Under the pieces are notes generated by a model that saw only the letters and a list, made by a program, of their open reading frames with translations, had not been told where the DNA came from and did no database searches. DNA of 64,000 nucleotides from IMG/VR virus record IMGVR_UViG_3300016675_000632, positions 1,010 through 65,009 of that record, one strand, 5' to 3'. This document shows, piece after piece, positions 55,207 through 63,888 of this stretch; the first letter of the stretch is position 1, and each line of letters begins with the position of its first letter. A program made the translations under genes and the position numbers. This DNA comes from a virus.

Positions 55207-56554
55207 ATCTGCCTTGTTGTAACTGTCTTTCTCTTCTCATACTCTCGGCAGCCAAGAATTTTAATGTGTTTTCTTCTAATGCGTATACCGTTGCATCTTT
55301 CAAGTGGTCGTTTTTTGTGGTCGTGTTGATAAAATCACCGTCCCTATTTTTTACCCATTGCAACTCTGAATACTCGCGTTTTAGGTTTTCGCTGCTGCTG
55401 TCTAAATATAATCTCTGGCTTTGTATGTAATTGATACCACTAAGAACTGAACCAGCCCCTTTTTTTGCCCCTCTTATGTAAATGCTGCCATCTCCTATTT
55501 CTCGTATCGCTTTTATCATTGCTGGGGCTGAACTATCGGCAGTAACCCAAATCTCGCCATTATCGCCAATGTAATTGCAATTGTTATCATACAACCATTT
55601 ATAAGCAGATAATATGCCGTCGGCTATTTGCTGATTGGTGAGCTGCGAACCGTACAAAAATTCTTTCACATACAACGCACCATCATAAAACCCAACAAGC
55701 ACCAATGCTGTAGGGTCTGTATATCCAAAGTCTAAACCCAAAGATAAACCTTCAGCTTTTGTAGGGAACTGTTCGCACTCTTTCCAATTGGGAAAAACCA
55801 AACCTTCAGCCCGTCCTGTTTTGCCCTCACCATAAACACGCCACCAATTAACATCGTGCCGTCTGCTCTCAATGTTAGATACCATAGCATCGGAAAGAAA
55901 GCGATTATCCTTGTAGGTTGAAGTAAAGGCGACCACGTGAGGATTTTTTATATTAGTGCCAAATTGCATTACTACCTTGGTATGCACCCAAAAACGGACG
56001 GAAGGGTTATAATCTATAAAAACAAGCTGCATAGTACGAACAGCTAAAGCATCATAAACCCCGTAAATTACGCTGGTAGCCTCGCAAATATAGGTATAAT
56101 CATATTTACCAAACTTTGCTTTTTCTACACTATCCACGCCCATAAATTGCAAAGTGCTGCCGTTTGAAAACGTGTAGGTGCTGGTACTTATATTGTATTT
56201 TATATTAAAGTTATTGCCCAAATCCTCGCATATTTTTACCGATATGGGGATAGCATCTCGGCGCAAAGAAGTATAATGTTTAGCAACCACGCGAACGGAA
56301 ATTTTATTACCCAACGGCTTTTCTCCCAGCTTTTTGTCTGGTCTTAGCTTTTCGCCGCGTAAGCATAAAAATATCATCAATTGCATCAACGAATAAGTCT
56401 TGCCGCTTGATGTGCCACCCTGATTAACTACCGTTTTTATATCCTCTCCGTAGTCTTGGCAGACGTGGTAATTACTGATAAAAATAGAGGAGGTTTCAAA
56501 ATTACAAACCTTTGGGCTTAGATATTCGCTGTTGATATATTCTATCATAGGCAA
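55205..56554 (-). CDS. terL: Terminase large subunit (PBSX family)
   Basis: Walker A QGGTSSGKT, YICEA, FIDYNP, GLDFGYTDP, DHLKDA. Confidence 0.95.
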   Translation of the reverse strand: MPMIEYINSEYLSPKVCNFETSSIFISNYHVCQDYGEDIKTVVNQGGTSSGKTYSLMQLMIFLCLRGEKLRPDKKLGEKPLGNKISVRVVAKHYTSLRRDAIPISVKICEDLGNNFNIKYNISTSTYTFSNGSTLQFMGVDSVEKAKFGKYDYTYICEATSVIYGVYDALAVRTMQLVFIDYNPSVRFWVHTKVVMQFGTNIKNPHVVAFTSTYKDNRFLSDAMVSNIESRRHDVNWWRVYGEGKTGRAEGLVFPNWKECEQFPTKAEGLSLGLDFGYTDPTALVLVGFYDGALYVKEFLYGSQLTNQQIADGILSAYKWLYDNNCNYIGDNGEIWVTADSSAPAMIKAIREIGDGSIYIRGAKKGAGSVLSGINYIQSQRLYLDSSSENLKREYSELQWVKNRDGDFINTTTKNDHLKDATVYALEENTLKFLAAESMRRERQLQQGR

Positions 56555-57205
56555 TTATTCTAATATACCATTGGGGATTTTTCGGATTTCGCCCCCCAAA
56601 TTGATGTTGATAATTTTTGCCTCTTCGCTATCGCCTTTGCTAATTTCTAACTCTTTCTCGCGCATTTTCAAATCGTCTTCGCGGGCTTGCTTTTGAACGT
56701 GCCTATCAATAAGCCGCTCGCTTATTCGGTTGGCTTCTTTTTGATAAATTGCAGCCTCTACGAAAAGCCCATTGTTATACAAATCAACAAAGGCAGCGTT
56801 AAAAACATCTTTTATTTCTAAAAGCTCGCTTTCTATATCCACAACTTTTGCAAACTCCAAATCCTTTACTACATCATCGACGCAAGAAGCAAAAACGGGG
56901 TCTTTTTTCTTTAGCTCATAAATTCTTTGTCTACCAACGCCCAACATTTGCGCTGTAGTCTTAATAGAGTTCCCGTAGCACAAAGCTTTCAAGAACTCTT
57001 TTTTTAATTCTATATTGTCTTTTTCAAATTTTTGAGCGTTTTCATCAACTAATTTAACAATATCATCTCTGCGGGCGGCTAAAGTGTCCGATTTGTAATC
57101 TATAAACCTATCTTTTTGCTTTTTATTAGCCTTTTCATCTCTAATTTGTTGTATAGTTTTAATGTTTAGCGGTCTTTCGTCCTGCTCTTTCTTTTTTCTT
57201 GGCAT
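56555..57205 (-). CDS. terS: Terminase small subunit
   Basis: HTH FLKAL...IKTTAQMLGVGRQRIYELKKKDPVF, abutting terL. Confidence 0.8.
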   Translation of the reverse strand: MPRKKKEQDERPLNIKTIQQIRDEKANKKQKDRFIDYKSDTLAARRDDIVKLVDENAQKFEKDNIELKKEFLKALCYGNSIKTTAQMLGVGRQRIYELKKKDPVFASCVDDVVKDLEFAKVVDIESELLEIKDVFNAAFVDLYNNGLFVEAAIYQKEANRISERLIDRHVQKQAREDDLKMREKELEISKGDSEEAKIININLGGEIRKIPNGILE

Positions 57206-57495
57206 AGCAAATTTGGGGTGTTTATTTGATAATTAGGCGGTGGCTTGTTTCAGTTGGGCGCATAACAGCGCGTATAAAATAGTTGCATCAAGGAGAACGG
57301 CACTTGCCGCGTGTTGGTAGGTGATTAGCCCAACCGTTGGGGCTGGGCTGTTGAAAATAGGATAAATAAAAATAAGTTGGCATTTTGCAAGTTCCTTTGT
57401 TACTTCTGTAGGTTTTTCGTTGGGTAACAGGGAAAGCCTTTTTTGGCAAAGGTTGCAAACTGCAAACAGTTTAGTTTTGATGCGGTGGCGATTCG

Positions 57496-58950
57496 TTACT
57501 CGTCCGCATCGGGTGGGGCAAGAAATTGCGCCTCAATTTCTGCATAATGCAGCTTTATTTGGCGTGGGTCGCCCTTGTAAAAAATTAGTACGTTTTGGTG
57601 CGTCTTAACGACTTTTCGGTTTCTCATTTGTGCGCTCGCTCTGATGGAGGCGTTGCCCGCAACCTCTAATAAAATCAATTCGTTGTAGAGATGCAAGCCC
57701 GCGTCCATAAATATACGCTTTATGTCGTCTGGGAAAGCATAATAAGCTCCTTTTCTATCGCGCACATCACCCACAACTATAGCCGCAAAAGAATTTTCTT
57801 TTAAGCATTGGCAAGCATCGGTGAACGCATCGCGCAAGATGCTGATAAAATCTGCATAGGTAGGCTGATTGCTCGCATCGTTGGGCAAATCACTGTATAT
57901 CTCCAAATCATAGTAAGGCGGGCAAGAAAATAGCAAATCTTGGCTATCCTTGGGGACGTGCTGTAGAACATTGCGCCCATCATCGCAAATATAGCGTATT
58001 TGGTCGCCAAAGTCCTTTATATGTTCGTTATTGATAGCTACTTGTTCGGGGCGCAATTCAATCCCTACAAATTCGTTGCCAAAATGTACGGCCACGCGAC
58101 CAAATACGGTATCACCCGCAAAGCAGTTAAAATACTTACCATTGGGACGACCGAACCATTGGCAGATAATTTCACATAAAACGGGGTCTAATAAGGAAAC
58201 GCCGCCAACGAGGTAGTTATCGGGGACTTCGTAATAGTTTTCCTCAAACTCTTTCGTGGTCAGCGTGCGTCCCAATTCTTTTTCTTTCTGCTCTTTCTTT
58301 CGGTAAAACGCGGGGTCGTTTATAGCCATATCTTGCCGCAAGGTTTGCTCTCGGCTTTCGCCTTTGTCGTTGATAATAGCCCGCCAAATTCGCTTTCGTT
58401 CCTGCCAATAACCCTGTCGCGTATCCAACACCGAAAAGGGCGGCACACCAAAACGACGGGCGAGTGAGCCTGCGCGGTCTGCGCTTTCGGTTCTATGGTC
58501 GCTTATCGGTTCGGGTTCGGGCGTGGATAGCTCAATTTCTACGGATTGGCTTAGTTCCTCTATTTCTAAACCCCAGCTTTCAATTTCTACGACGGTATAG
58601 TCGGCCTGTAGAATTTCTATGTCCCATTCCCCAGCTTGGCTATTATCGGTGATGATAAAACGCCGCTTTTCCTCTTCGGTGAGGTTGGCACAGTCTTTTA
58701 TTCATTCTGCGGGAACGTGGCTATAGCCCAACTCGCAAAGGGCGCGGTAACGTTGCGTTCCGCCCAAAATTATGCCTGTGCTGGAGTCATACACAATCGG
58801 ACGGAGGGCAAGCATTTTTCAGAAGTCAGAAACGCTGGTTTTGAGTTTAGCTAGTGCTTCGGGCGATATTCAGCGTGGGTTGCGCTCGTTGGCGCGAATA
58901 GTGGAAAGGTCAAAAAGGGGCTTATCGCCCCAATCAATAACATTTTTCAT
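57496..58950 (-). CDS. ParB-like N-terminal domain fused to an N6/N4 DNA methyltransferase; three in-frame TGA codons in the ParB part
   Basis: ATG 58950 is in frame with the track ORF 57496-58446. NPR*I...DF*KML.LRPIV...ILGG.QRYRAL...PAE*IK...RFIITDN...GEWD; then SLARRFGVPPFSVLDTRQGYWQ, CFAGD, SCPPYYDLE. Confidence 0.8.
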
Positions 58951-58961
58951 TGTATAAAAAT

Positions 58962-59345
58962 TTAATCTTTTGGCTTTTTGGTGCTGGGCATAATTTCGGT
59001 ACTCAGGAAAACAACGTCTTTGCTGCTTTGAATTTGCCCAGACTGTAAGAGATAAGCGACAACTTGCGCGTTATAATTTTCCTCAAGCAGTTTGCAACTT
59101 TTCACCCACTCTTTGCCTTGTTTGGCTCTTTTGTCCATTAGCGCAATAGTTTTTATATCGGTTATGAACCCTTGAGGGAAAAATTGCTTTTTGTCGGCTT
59201 TGGTTATGGAAAGGGTTAGCCATTGCTGGCTATCGCTGCCTTTGGTTTGGTAGCGAATCTGCGCCGCATCTTTGCGTAAAACCTCATCAATTTGCGCGTT
59301 GGCGTGATAGAAAAATTTGGGGGCAGTATCTATGCTGATTAACAT
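58962..59345 (-). CDS. Hypothetical protein
   Basis: ORF track. Confidence 0.7.
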   Translation of the reverse strand: MLISIDTAPKFFYHANAQIDEVLRKDAAQIRYQTKGSDSQQWLTLSITKADKKQFFPQGFITDIKTIALMDKRAKQGKEWVKSCKLLEENYNAQVVAYLLQSGQIQSSKDVVFLSTEIMPSTKKPKD

Positions 59346-59383
59346 ATTTATAGAATTTTAGCGGGTTATTGATAAGGTTTTAT

Positions 59384-59836
59384 TTATAACAAAAATACAG
59401 CGTAGCCGTCTTGCTTGGCAAAGTAGCCCATTTTCTGCTGTTGGTTATCGCTAACATTGGGCAAATAGCGGTATTTATGTGGCAAGATGCTTCTAAATGT
59501 TTGCTGGGGCAATTTTTTATATTTTGGCTTATCCAAAAATTCTATCTTTTGGTTGGGCTGCAATGCGCCCGTTTCTGCTAAATACGCAACAGCTTGGCTT
59601 TGGAAATAAGCCCGCATTCCCTCGTAATTCGGCTGCTCATTGTTTCTTTTTTTTCCAAAAGCAGATAAAACGGCTGGCAAGACGCTGAAAACGAGATGCC
59701 CAAACAAGCCTGTAGTTTTCTTTCTTTTGATGAAGTACGGGAGTATGGCCAAGTTTTGGCGCAAGGCGATAGTTTTGTTTATTTCCTCTGGCGAGGAGTT
59801 AGGCGGGAAAGCACCGTATTGATAGCATAATATCAT
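59384..59836 (-). CDS. Hypothetical protein, possible TM
   Basis: ORF track. Confidence 0.7.
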   Translation of the reverse strand: MILCYQYGAFPPNSSPEEINKTIALRQNLAILPYFIKRKKTTGLFGHLVFSVLPAVLSAFGKKRNNEQPNYEGMRAYFQSQAVAYLAETGALQPNQKIEFLDKPKYKKLPQQTFRSILPHKYRYLPNVSDNQQQKMGYFAKQDGYAVFLL

Positions 59837-59865
59837 AATTTGTAAAATGTTTTTGAAAGTGGGGA

Positions 59866-60390
59866 TTATTTAGCGCGTAAGATAGCCAACAAGTCCTTAC
59901 CCTCTTTAAATAAATTCCAAATATAAATAACCATATTGGCGGTTTTATCTAAAAAGGTTATCATTTCCGCGCTTCTCTTGAATTTGAAAGCGGGCGTTTC
60001 CTTGAGCAGGGTTATAAGTTGGTCTTTCTCTTGTATATCCAAATCTTGCAACTCCTCACCAATTTGGCGCAAGTTCAATAAGAGCCTACCGCCTTTTATG
60101 GCTGGAGAAAGCAGCCCCAAAGCCTCAAACCAACTTATGCTATCATCAGAGGTAACATCTGCCAAATGTGGGACTATTTCGGCTATATATTGTATAAATT
60201 CGGTAACTTTGGCAATGCCAAACTTTGCGCCCTTTTCGGGTGTTTCAAACTCGGCAAAGCGAGCTATAAAGGTGTTTTCTGCCATAATCGGATATTTTTT
60301 ATTTAGAGGGATTTTATAGTACATTGACAGTTCAGCCAACATTGCAAATAATTTATTTGTAGCGATATTTGGCAACGAATTATTAAACAT
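59866..60390 (-). CDS. Helical hypothetical protein (start 60390 or 60285)
   Basis: ORF track; both ATGs have AT-rich leaders; -7 box TATATTTG near 60496-60503. Confidence 0.7.
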   Translation of the reverse strand: MFNNSLPNIATNKLFAMLAELSMYYKIPLNKKYPIMAENTFIARFAEFETPEKGAKFGIAKVTEFIQYIAEIVPHLADVTSDDSISWFEALGLLSPAIKGGRLLLNLRQIGEELQDLDIQEKDQLITLLKETPAFKFKRSAEMITFLDKTANMVIYIWNLFKEGKDLLAILRAK

Positions 60391-60556
60391 ACATTTTTTA
60401 TTTTGGATAAAATAGCGGCTCAACTCGCGCCGAGCCGCTACCCAAATTTAACCCGTTTTCAAAATTTACAAACCGCAATGTTAATTATGCGGGGCAAATA
60501 TACGGTTTTTTGATAACAAAAAATAATTTTTATTTTTTTTATAGAATTATTTGCAC

Positions 60557-60588
60557 AAAAAAGCCCTGCGCGGTTGGGCGCAAGGCTA
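60557..60588 (-). terminator. Intrinsic terminator
   Basis: AGCCTTGCGC/GCGCAGGGCT plus T6. Confidence 0.7.
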
Positions 60589-60635
60589 ATCAACAAATAA
60601 TGTAAAATAAAATGAAACGCCGTTTCACAACGGGA

Positions 60636-61053
60636 TTAGTCTTGAGTGCCTGTGAGCGGGTTTTGGTCGGTTTCGGGCAATTTTGGTTCATCGCGCGGGG
60701 GCGTTGGGTCTGCGGGTGGGTTTGGGTTATCGTTGCAACCGCAATCGCAAACGCATTTTGCAAGCCTGCAAAGCAAGCCTAATAAAGTTGTTTTTTCACC
60801 AAATAGATAAGCCCCTTTTTTTTACGTCTGCCTCAAATGCAAAGTATTCTTTTTGCGCTTTTTGGACGGCTGCGCAATCTATACGGGTTAGGCTAATGTT
60901 GCGGTCGCAACCGATATGATAGCCTTTTGCAGGATACAAACCCTCCGCTGTAGTGCTTACCTCGCCAACGGGTAAATCGGTTAGAATAAAGCTATCTAAG
61001 AATATAGTTTGCCCTTTTTCGGGCGTGATGAATAAACGGCTTTCTTGTGCCAT
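60636..61053 (-). CDS. Hypothetical protein split at an A8 run; Cys/Pro-rich second part
   Basis: Track ORF 60796-61053; the +1 frame reads KKGAYLFGEKTTLLGLLCRLAKCVCDCGCNDNPNPPADPTPP...TGTQD to TAA 60636. Confidence 0.5.
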
Positions 61054-61193
61054 AATTTTTTTGAATTGGTTTGAAAATTAACGAATAAATCAATAAAGGT
61101 AAATTATTACCAAACGGGAAGGGGCTGTTGCCACATATTAAAGGATTTTTGAGGTTAGGAAATAAATTTTATTGTGAATTATCAACGGGGTAT

Positions 61194-61222
61194 TATACGG
61201 GCATTTTTCGGTTTTGTTGCAA
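61194..61222 (-). promoter_or_regulatory. TTGCAAC-N16-CGTATA promoter-like motif
   Basis: Read directly; upstream of 61053. Confidence 0.6.
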
Positions 61223-61240
61223 AATTTACCAAAAAATATA

Positions 61241-61275
61241 AAAAAAATACCGCAACGTTTCACAACGCGGCGGTA
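61241..61275 (-). terminator. Intrinsic terminator with GUGA loop
   Basis: CCGCCGCGTT-GTGA-AACGTTGCGG plus T7. Confidence 0.7.
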
Positions 61276-61328
61276 GAATATGAATAAAACCCTATGAAAA
61301 AACAACTTAAAAACAGTTATGCTTGAGA

Positions 61329-61463
61329 TTAGGTGCGCTTATTTTTGCGCTTTTGGTAAAAATGCACAAACACACCGCCAGCTATAGCAAACAGCCCGCA
61401 AAAGGCGCAAAGAGGCAATAATGGGGCAAATTCGCGCGTATAAATTTCTATTATTGTATCCAT
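61329..61463 (-). CDS. 44-aa single-TM protein
   Basis: Hand translation MDTIIEIYTREFAPLLPLCAFCGLFAIAGGVFVHFYQKRKNKRT. Confidence 0.55.
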   Translation of the reverse strand: MDTIIEIYTREFAPLLPLCAFCGLFAIAGGVFVHFYQKRKNKRT

Positions 61464-61729
61464 ACATTGGTTGATTTTGGTTTAAAAATAACGAGCTTTT
61501 TGGGCGTTCTGAACCTTTGGTTTGGTTTGGGCTTCTTTGCTTTTCGCCAGCAGCCATTGGAGATAAGCAACGCTTCGCGACTGCGGAAGTATAGCAAAAT
61601 TTTAGCCCCCGAAAGCAGAAACAAGGGCAACCCGTACAATAAAATAATAACGATAGCCCCAATTTTAGCCGCCCAAATTTGGCTGCTCGCCATTGTTTCT
61701 ATCGGGGGATTAAACAGGGAAAATTCCAT
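61451..61729 (-). CDS. Small TM protein with basic tail
   Basis: Track ORF 61451-61930; ATG at 61729 preferred. Confidence 0.6.
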   Translation of the reverse strand: MEFSLFNPPIETMASSQIWAAKIGAIVIILLYGLPLFLLSGAKILLYFRSREALLISNGCWRKAKKPKPNQRFRTPKKLVIFKPKSTNVWIQ

Positions 61730-61745
61730 AATGATAAAATTGTGG

Positions 61746-61952
61746 TTAATCGCTTTTTTGGTGAGGTTGGCTGGGGTCGCTTCTGTGGGTTGCTTGGGGT
61801 TCGTTGTGGGGCTGCGTGGTTTCATTTTGAGTTGGGAAAAGCACAGCAAATAAAGTAAGCAACCCCGTTGCCCCCACGCCAAACTGCCAACCACCCCAAA
61901 GGAACGCAAACACAGCAGCAAAAAAAGCAAACATTTTTAGTATATTTATCAT
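61746..61952 (-). CDS. Small 2-TM protein
   Basis: ORF track; ATGA overlap. Confidence 0.65.
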   Translation of the reverse strand: MINILKMFAFFAAVFAFLWGGWQFGVGATGLLTLFAVLFPTQNETTQPHNEPQATHRSDPSQPHQKSD

Positions 61953-62767
61953 TGCTCACCTCCTTTTTTGTTACGGCGCATTGGCGTGTGTTTGCGTTGG
62001 TAATCTATCACTTCGGCTTCAGAGGGCAGCCCGTTGGGGAAATTTGCCTTGTCGTTAGATAGTTCTTTTAGTTTGGCATCGGCTATCTCTAATTCTTTTT
62101 TGAACATCAACGCCTTTTCACTTTGTCCCGCTTTATTGGCCGCCGCTATAGATTTGCGCAAATTGAGTTTTTTATGTATCAATAAAATGCTGTTTTGAAT
62201 AGGGAATTTCGCCTGTTGCATCTCGGCTATAGCTTCGCGTTCTTCGTCTGTAAATTGCAGCAAGTCGCTAAAATCGGGTTCTGGGGCTGATTCGTTCTGC
62301 TGTTGTTTTGTATCGTTCAACTCTATTACTCGTTGGGCTGCGGGTTCTGTTTTTTGGTCTTTGGGGACTTGCCATTGTCCGCGCTGTTGGGTGGATAGGT
62401 TGGGTTTATAATTAGGCACTTGCACGTCTAAAGTTCGCTTGTCTTTGGGTAGCCAAAAATCAGCTTGCAAAGTTTGTTCTTTAGATGTGGCATTACCAAC
62501 TAACCCGCTTGCATCTATAAACTCAAAATCTACCTGCTTGCGCTCATTTTTGCCGTTTTGCGCCTTTTGTCCGCCTCCCCCGCCGTTATTTTGGGCAAAA
62601 TCAAACAAAATAGGGGATATATCGCGCTTTTTAGACGTTTGGGGGCTGTTATCAGTAGGGCTGTAGTTTGGCTTTAGATGTTGGGCTTGGGTATCATCTT
62701 GTGTTTTAGATGTGTAATTTTCTTTATATTTGCGTGTTTGCATCTGCGCATCTTTCTGTTGGGGCAT
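61949..62767 (-). CDS. Low-complexity Q/N/P-rich protein with helical C-terminus; probable -1 frameshift extension of 62782-63861
   Basis: Frame is open upstream through C CCA AAC TAA; ends TGA TAA. Confidence 0.75.
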   Translation of the reverse strand: MPQQKDAQMQTRKYKENYTSKTQDDTQAQHLKPNYSPTDNSPQTSKKRDISPILFDFAQNNGGGGGQKAQNGKNERKQVDFEFIDASGLVGNATSKEQTLQADFWLPKDKRTLDVQVPNYKPNLSTQQRGQWQVPKDQKTEPAAQRVIELNDTKQQQNESAPEPDFSDLLQFTDEEREAIAEMQQAKFPIQNSILLIHKKLNLRKSIAAANKAGQSEKALMFKKELEIADAKLKELSNDKANFPNGLPSEAEVIDYQRKHTPMRRNKKGGEQ

Positions 62768-62791
62768 CGCATCTTCCCGTTTTAGTTTGGG
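62747..62791 (-). other. -1 programmed frameshift signal: C CCA AAC before TAA, possible downstream pseudoknot
   Basis: Heptamer 62785-62791; GGG...CCCC stem begins 6 nt later; loop UGCG could pair with downstream CGCA. Confidence 0.7.
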
Positions 62792-63861
62792 TTGGCTGTG
62801 GGGTCGTGCTTAGTTCCTGCGCTGGGCTTGGCTTTTTCTGCCGTCTTGGTTTGTATAGAAACGGGGGCTGGGTTAATTTGTACGGGCTGTTGGTTAGTAA
62901 CAATATCAAGGCAAGTTACTACTTCTATCATCAAACAGAATAGTAAAGCGCCAACCCCAAAAAGCATAATCAAAAAACCTATGCCCGCATATATTCTGTC
63001 GCTGATACCTAATGAGCTTTGCTGGGCAACAATTTCTGCATCGTAAGCTGGAGCTATCTTATCGTTAAAATAAAGTATTTTATCGCTTAGTTCTTTTTCG
63101 GCTTGTGCTAATTGTGGAGCCAAAAATTTAGCGGCTGCTTTCTGCGCGCTATCAATTTTTGACTGCGCCCAACCGTTGCCGTTCTTGGCCATCTTTTCTA
63201 TCTGTTTGCCAACAGAAACACCTTTGCTGGCTTCTTTGCGCAATTCAGCAAGTTTCTCTTCAGCAGGTCCAACAACCTTTTTATATTCAGCATCGCGGCG
63301 GCTGTTAATTTGGGTTACTTCTAATCGGTTTTCTTTGGCTTCTTCTTTGGGTCTGATTGTTGTTGCTGTTACATCTGAACCACCGTAAGAGGTAATGAAA
63401 GACACAGTAAAACCCGTTGTTGCGATAAAGAAAGATAGGCACATTTGCAACAGGCGAGCTATGCCAAACCCTGCAAAAAATCGGGTAATAACATTGTGAG
63501 CTATACCGCGAGAAGCAAACATATTTATCATATCGCGAGCAAATAGGACTTTGCACAAAATAAACAGCTCGGAAAAAGCTACGCGCGAATGCTTGCTAAA
63601 TAGTACGAAATCGCACAACAAAGCCACGCAAAACGCAAATACGAAGCAAAAGAACTTAAACACGCCGCCCCAAAATCCGATTAAGTTGGGCAAATCCACA
63701 AAGGGCGCGAAAGTTTCGGATAGTATTCTTTCAAAAAAAGAATAAAGGTAGATAGTAGAACCTATGGTACTAACCGCTAAAAAAAATAAATGTAAATAGC
63801 TGTAGCTTTTTTTAGCTTGGGCGCGAATCGCGGCGTTTTCTATGGTTAATTGACGTTGCAT
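62782..63861 (-). CDS. Membrane protein with about 3 TM, a coiled coil and a TM; paralog of 573-1571
   Basis: ORF track; same topology and shared AK(S/N)GN.WA motif. Confidence 0.8.
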   Translation of the reverse strand: MQRQLTIENAAIRAQAKKSYSYLHLFFLAVSTIGSTIYLYSFFERILSETFAPFVDLPNLIGFWGGVFKFFCFVFAFCVALLCDFVLFSKHSRVAFSELFILCKVLFARDMINMFASRGIAHNVITRFFAGFGIARLLQMCLSFFIATTGFTVSFITSYGGSDVTATTIRPKEEAKENRLEVTQINSRRDAEYKKVVGPAEEKLAELRKEASKGVSVGKQIEKMAKNGNGWAQSKIDSAQKAAAKFLAPQLAQAEKELSDKILYFNDKIAPAYDAEIVAQQSSLGISDRIYAGIGFLIMLFGVGALLFCLMIEVVTCLDIVTNQQPVQINPAPVSIQTKTAEKAKPSAGTKHDPTANPN

Positions 63862-63888
63862 TGGTTTGTAATTTTTGGATTAAGAAAA

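Noticed and set aside
58464-58957. Track ORFs 58464-58652(+), 58636-58854(+) and 58772-58957(-)
   Set aside because: They overlap the ParB frame, which carries clear family motifs once TGA is read through.
60610-61275. Recurrent CGTTGTGAAACG motif (also 13185, 33055) as a protein-binding site
   Set aside because: It always forms the apical GNRA-loop stem of terminator hairpins, which is a sufficient explanation.
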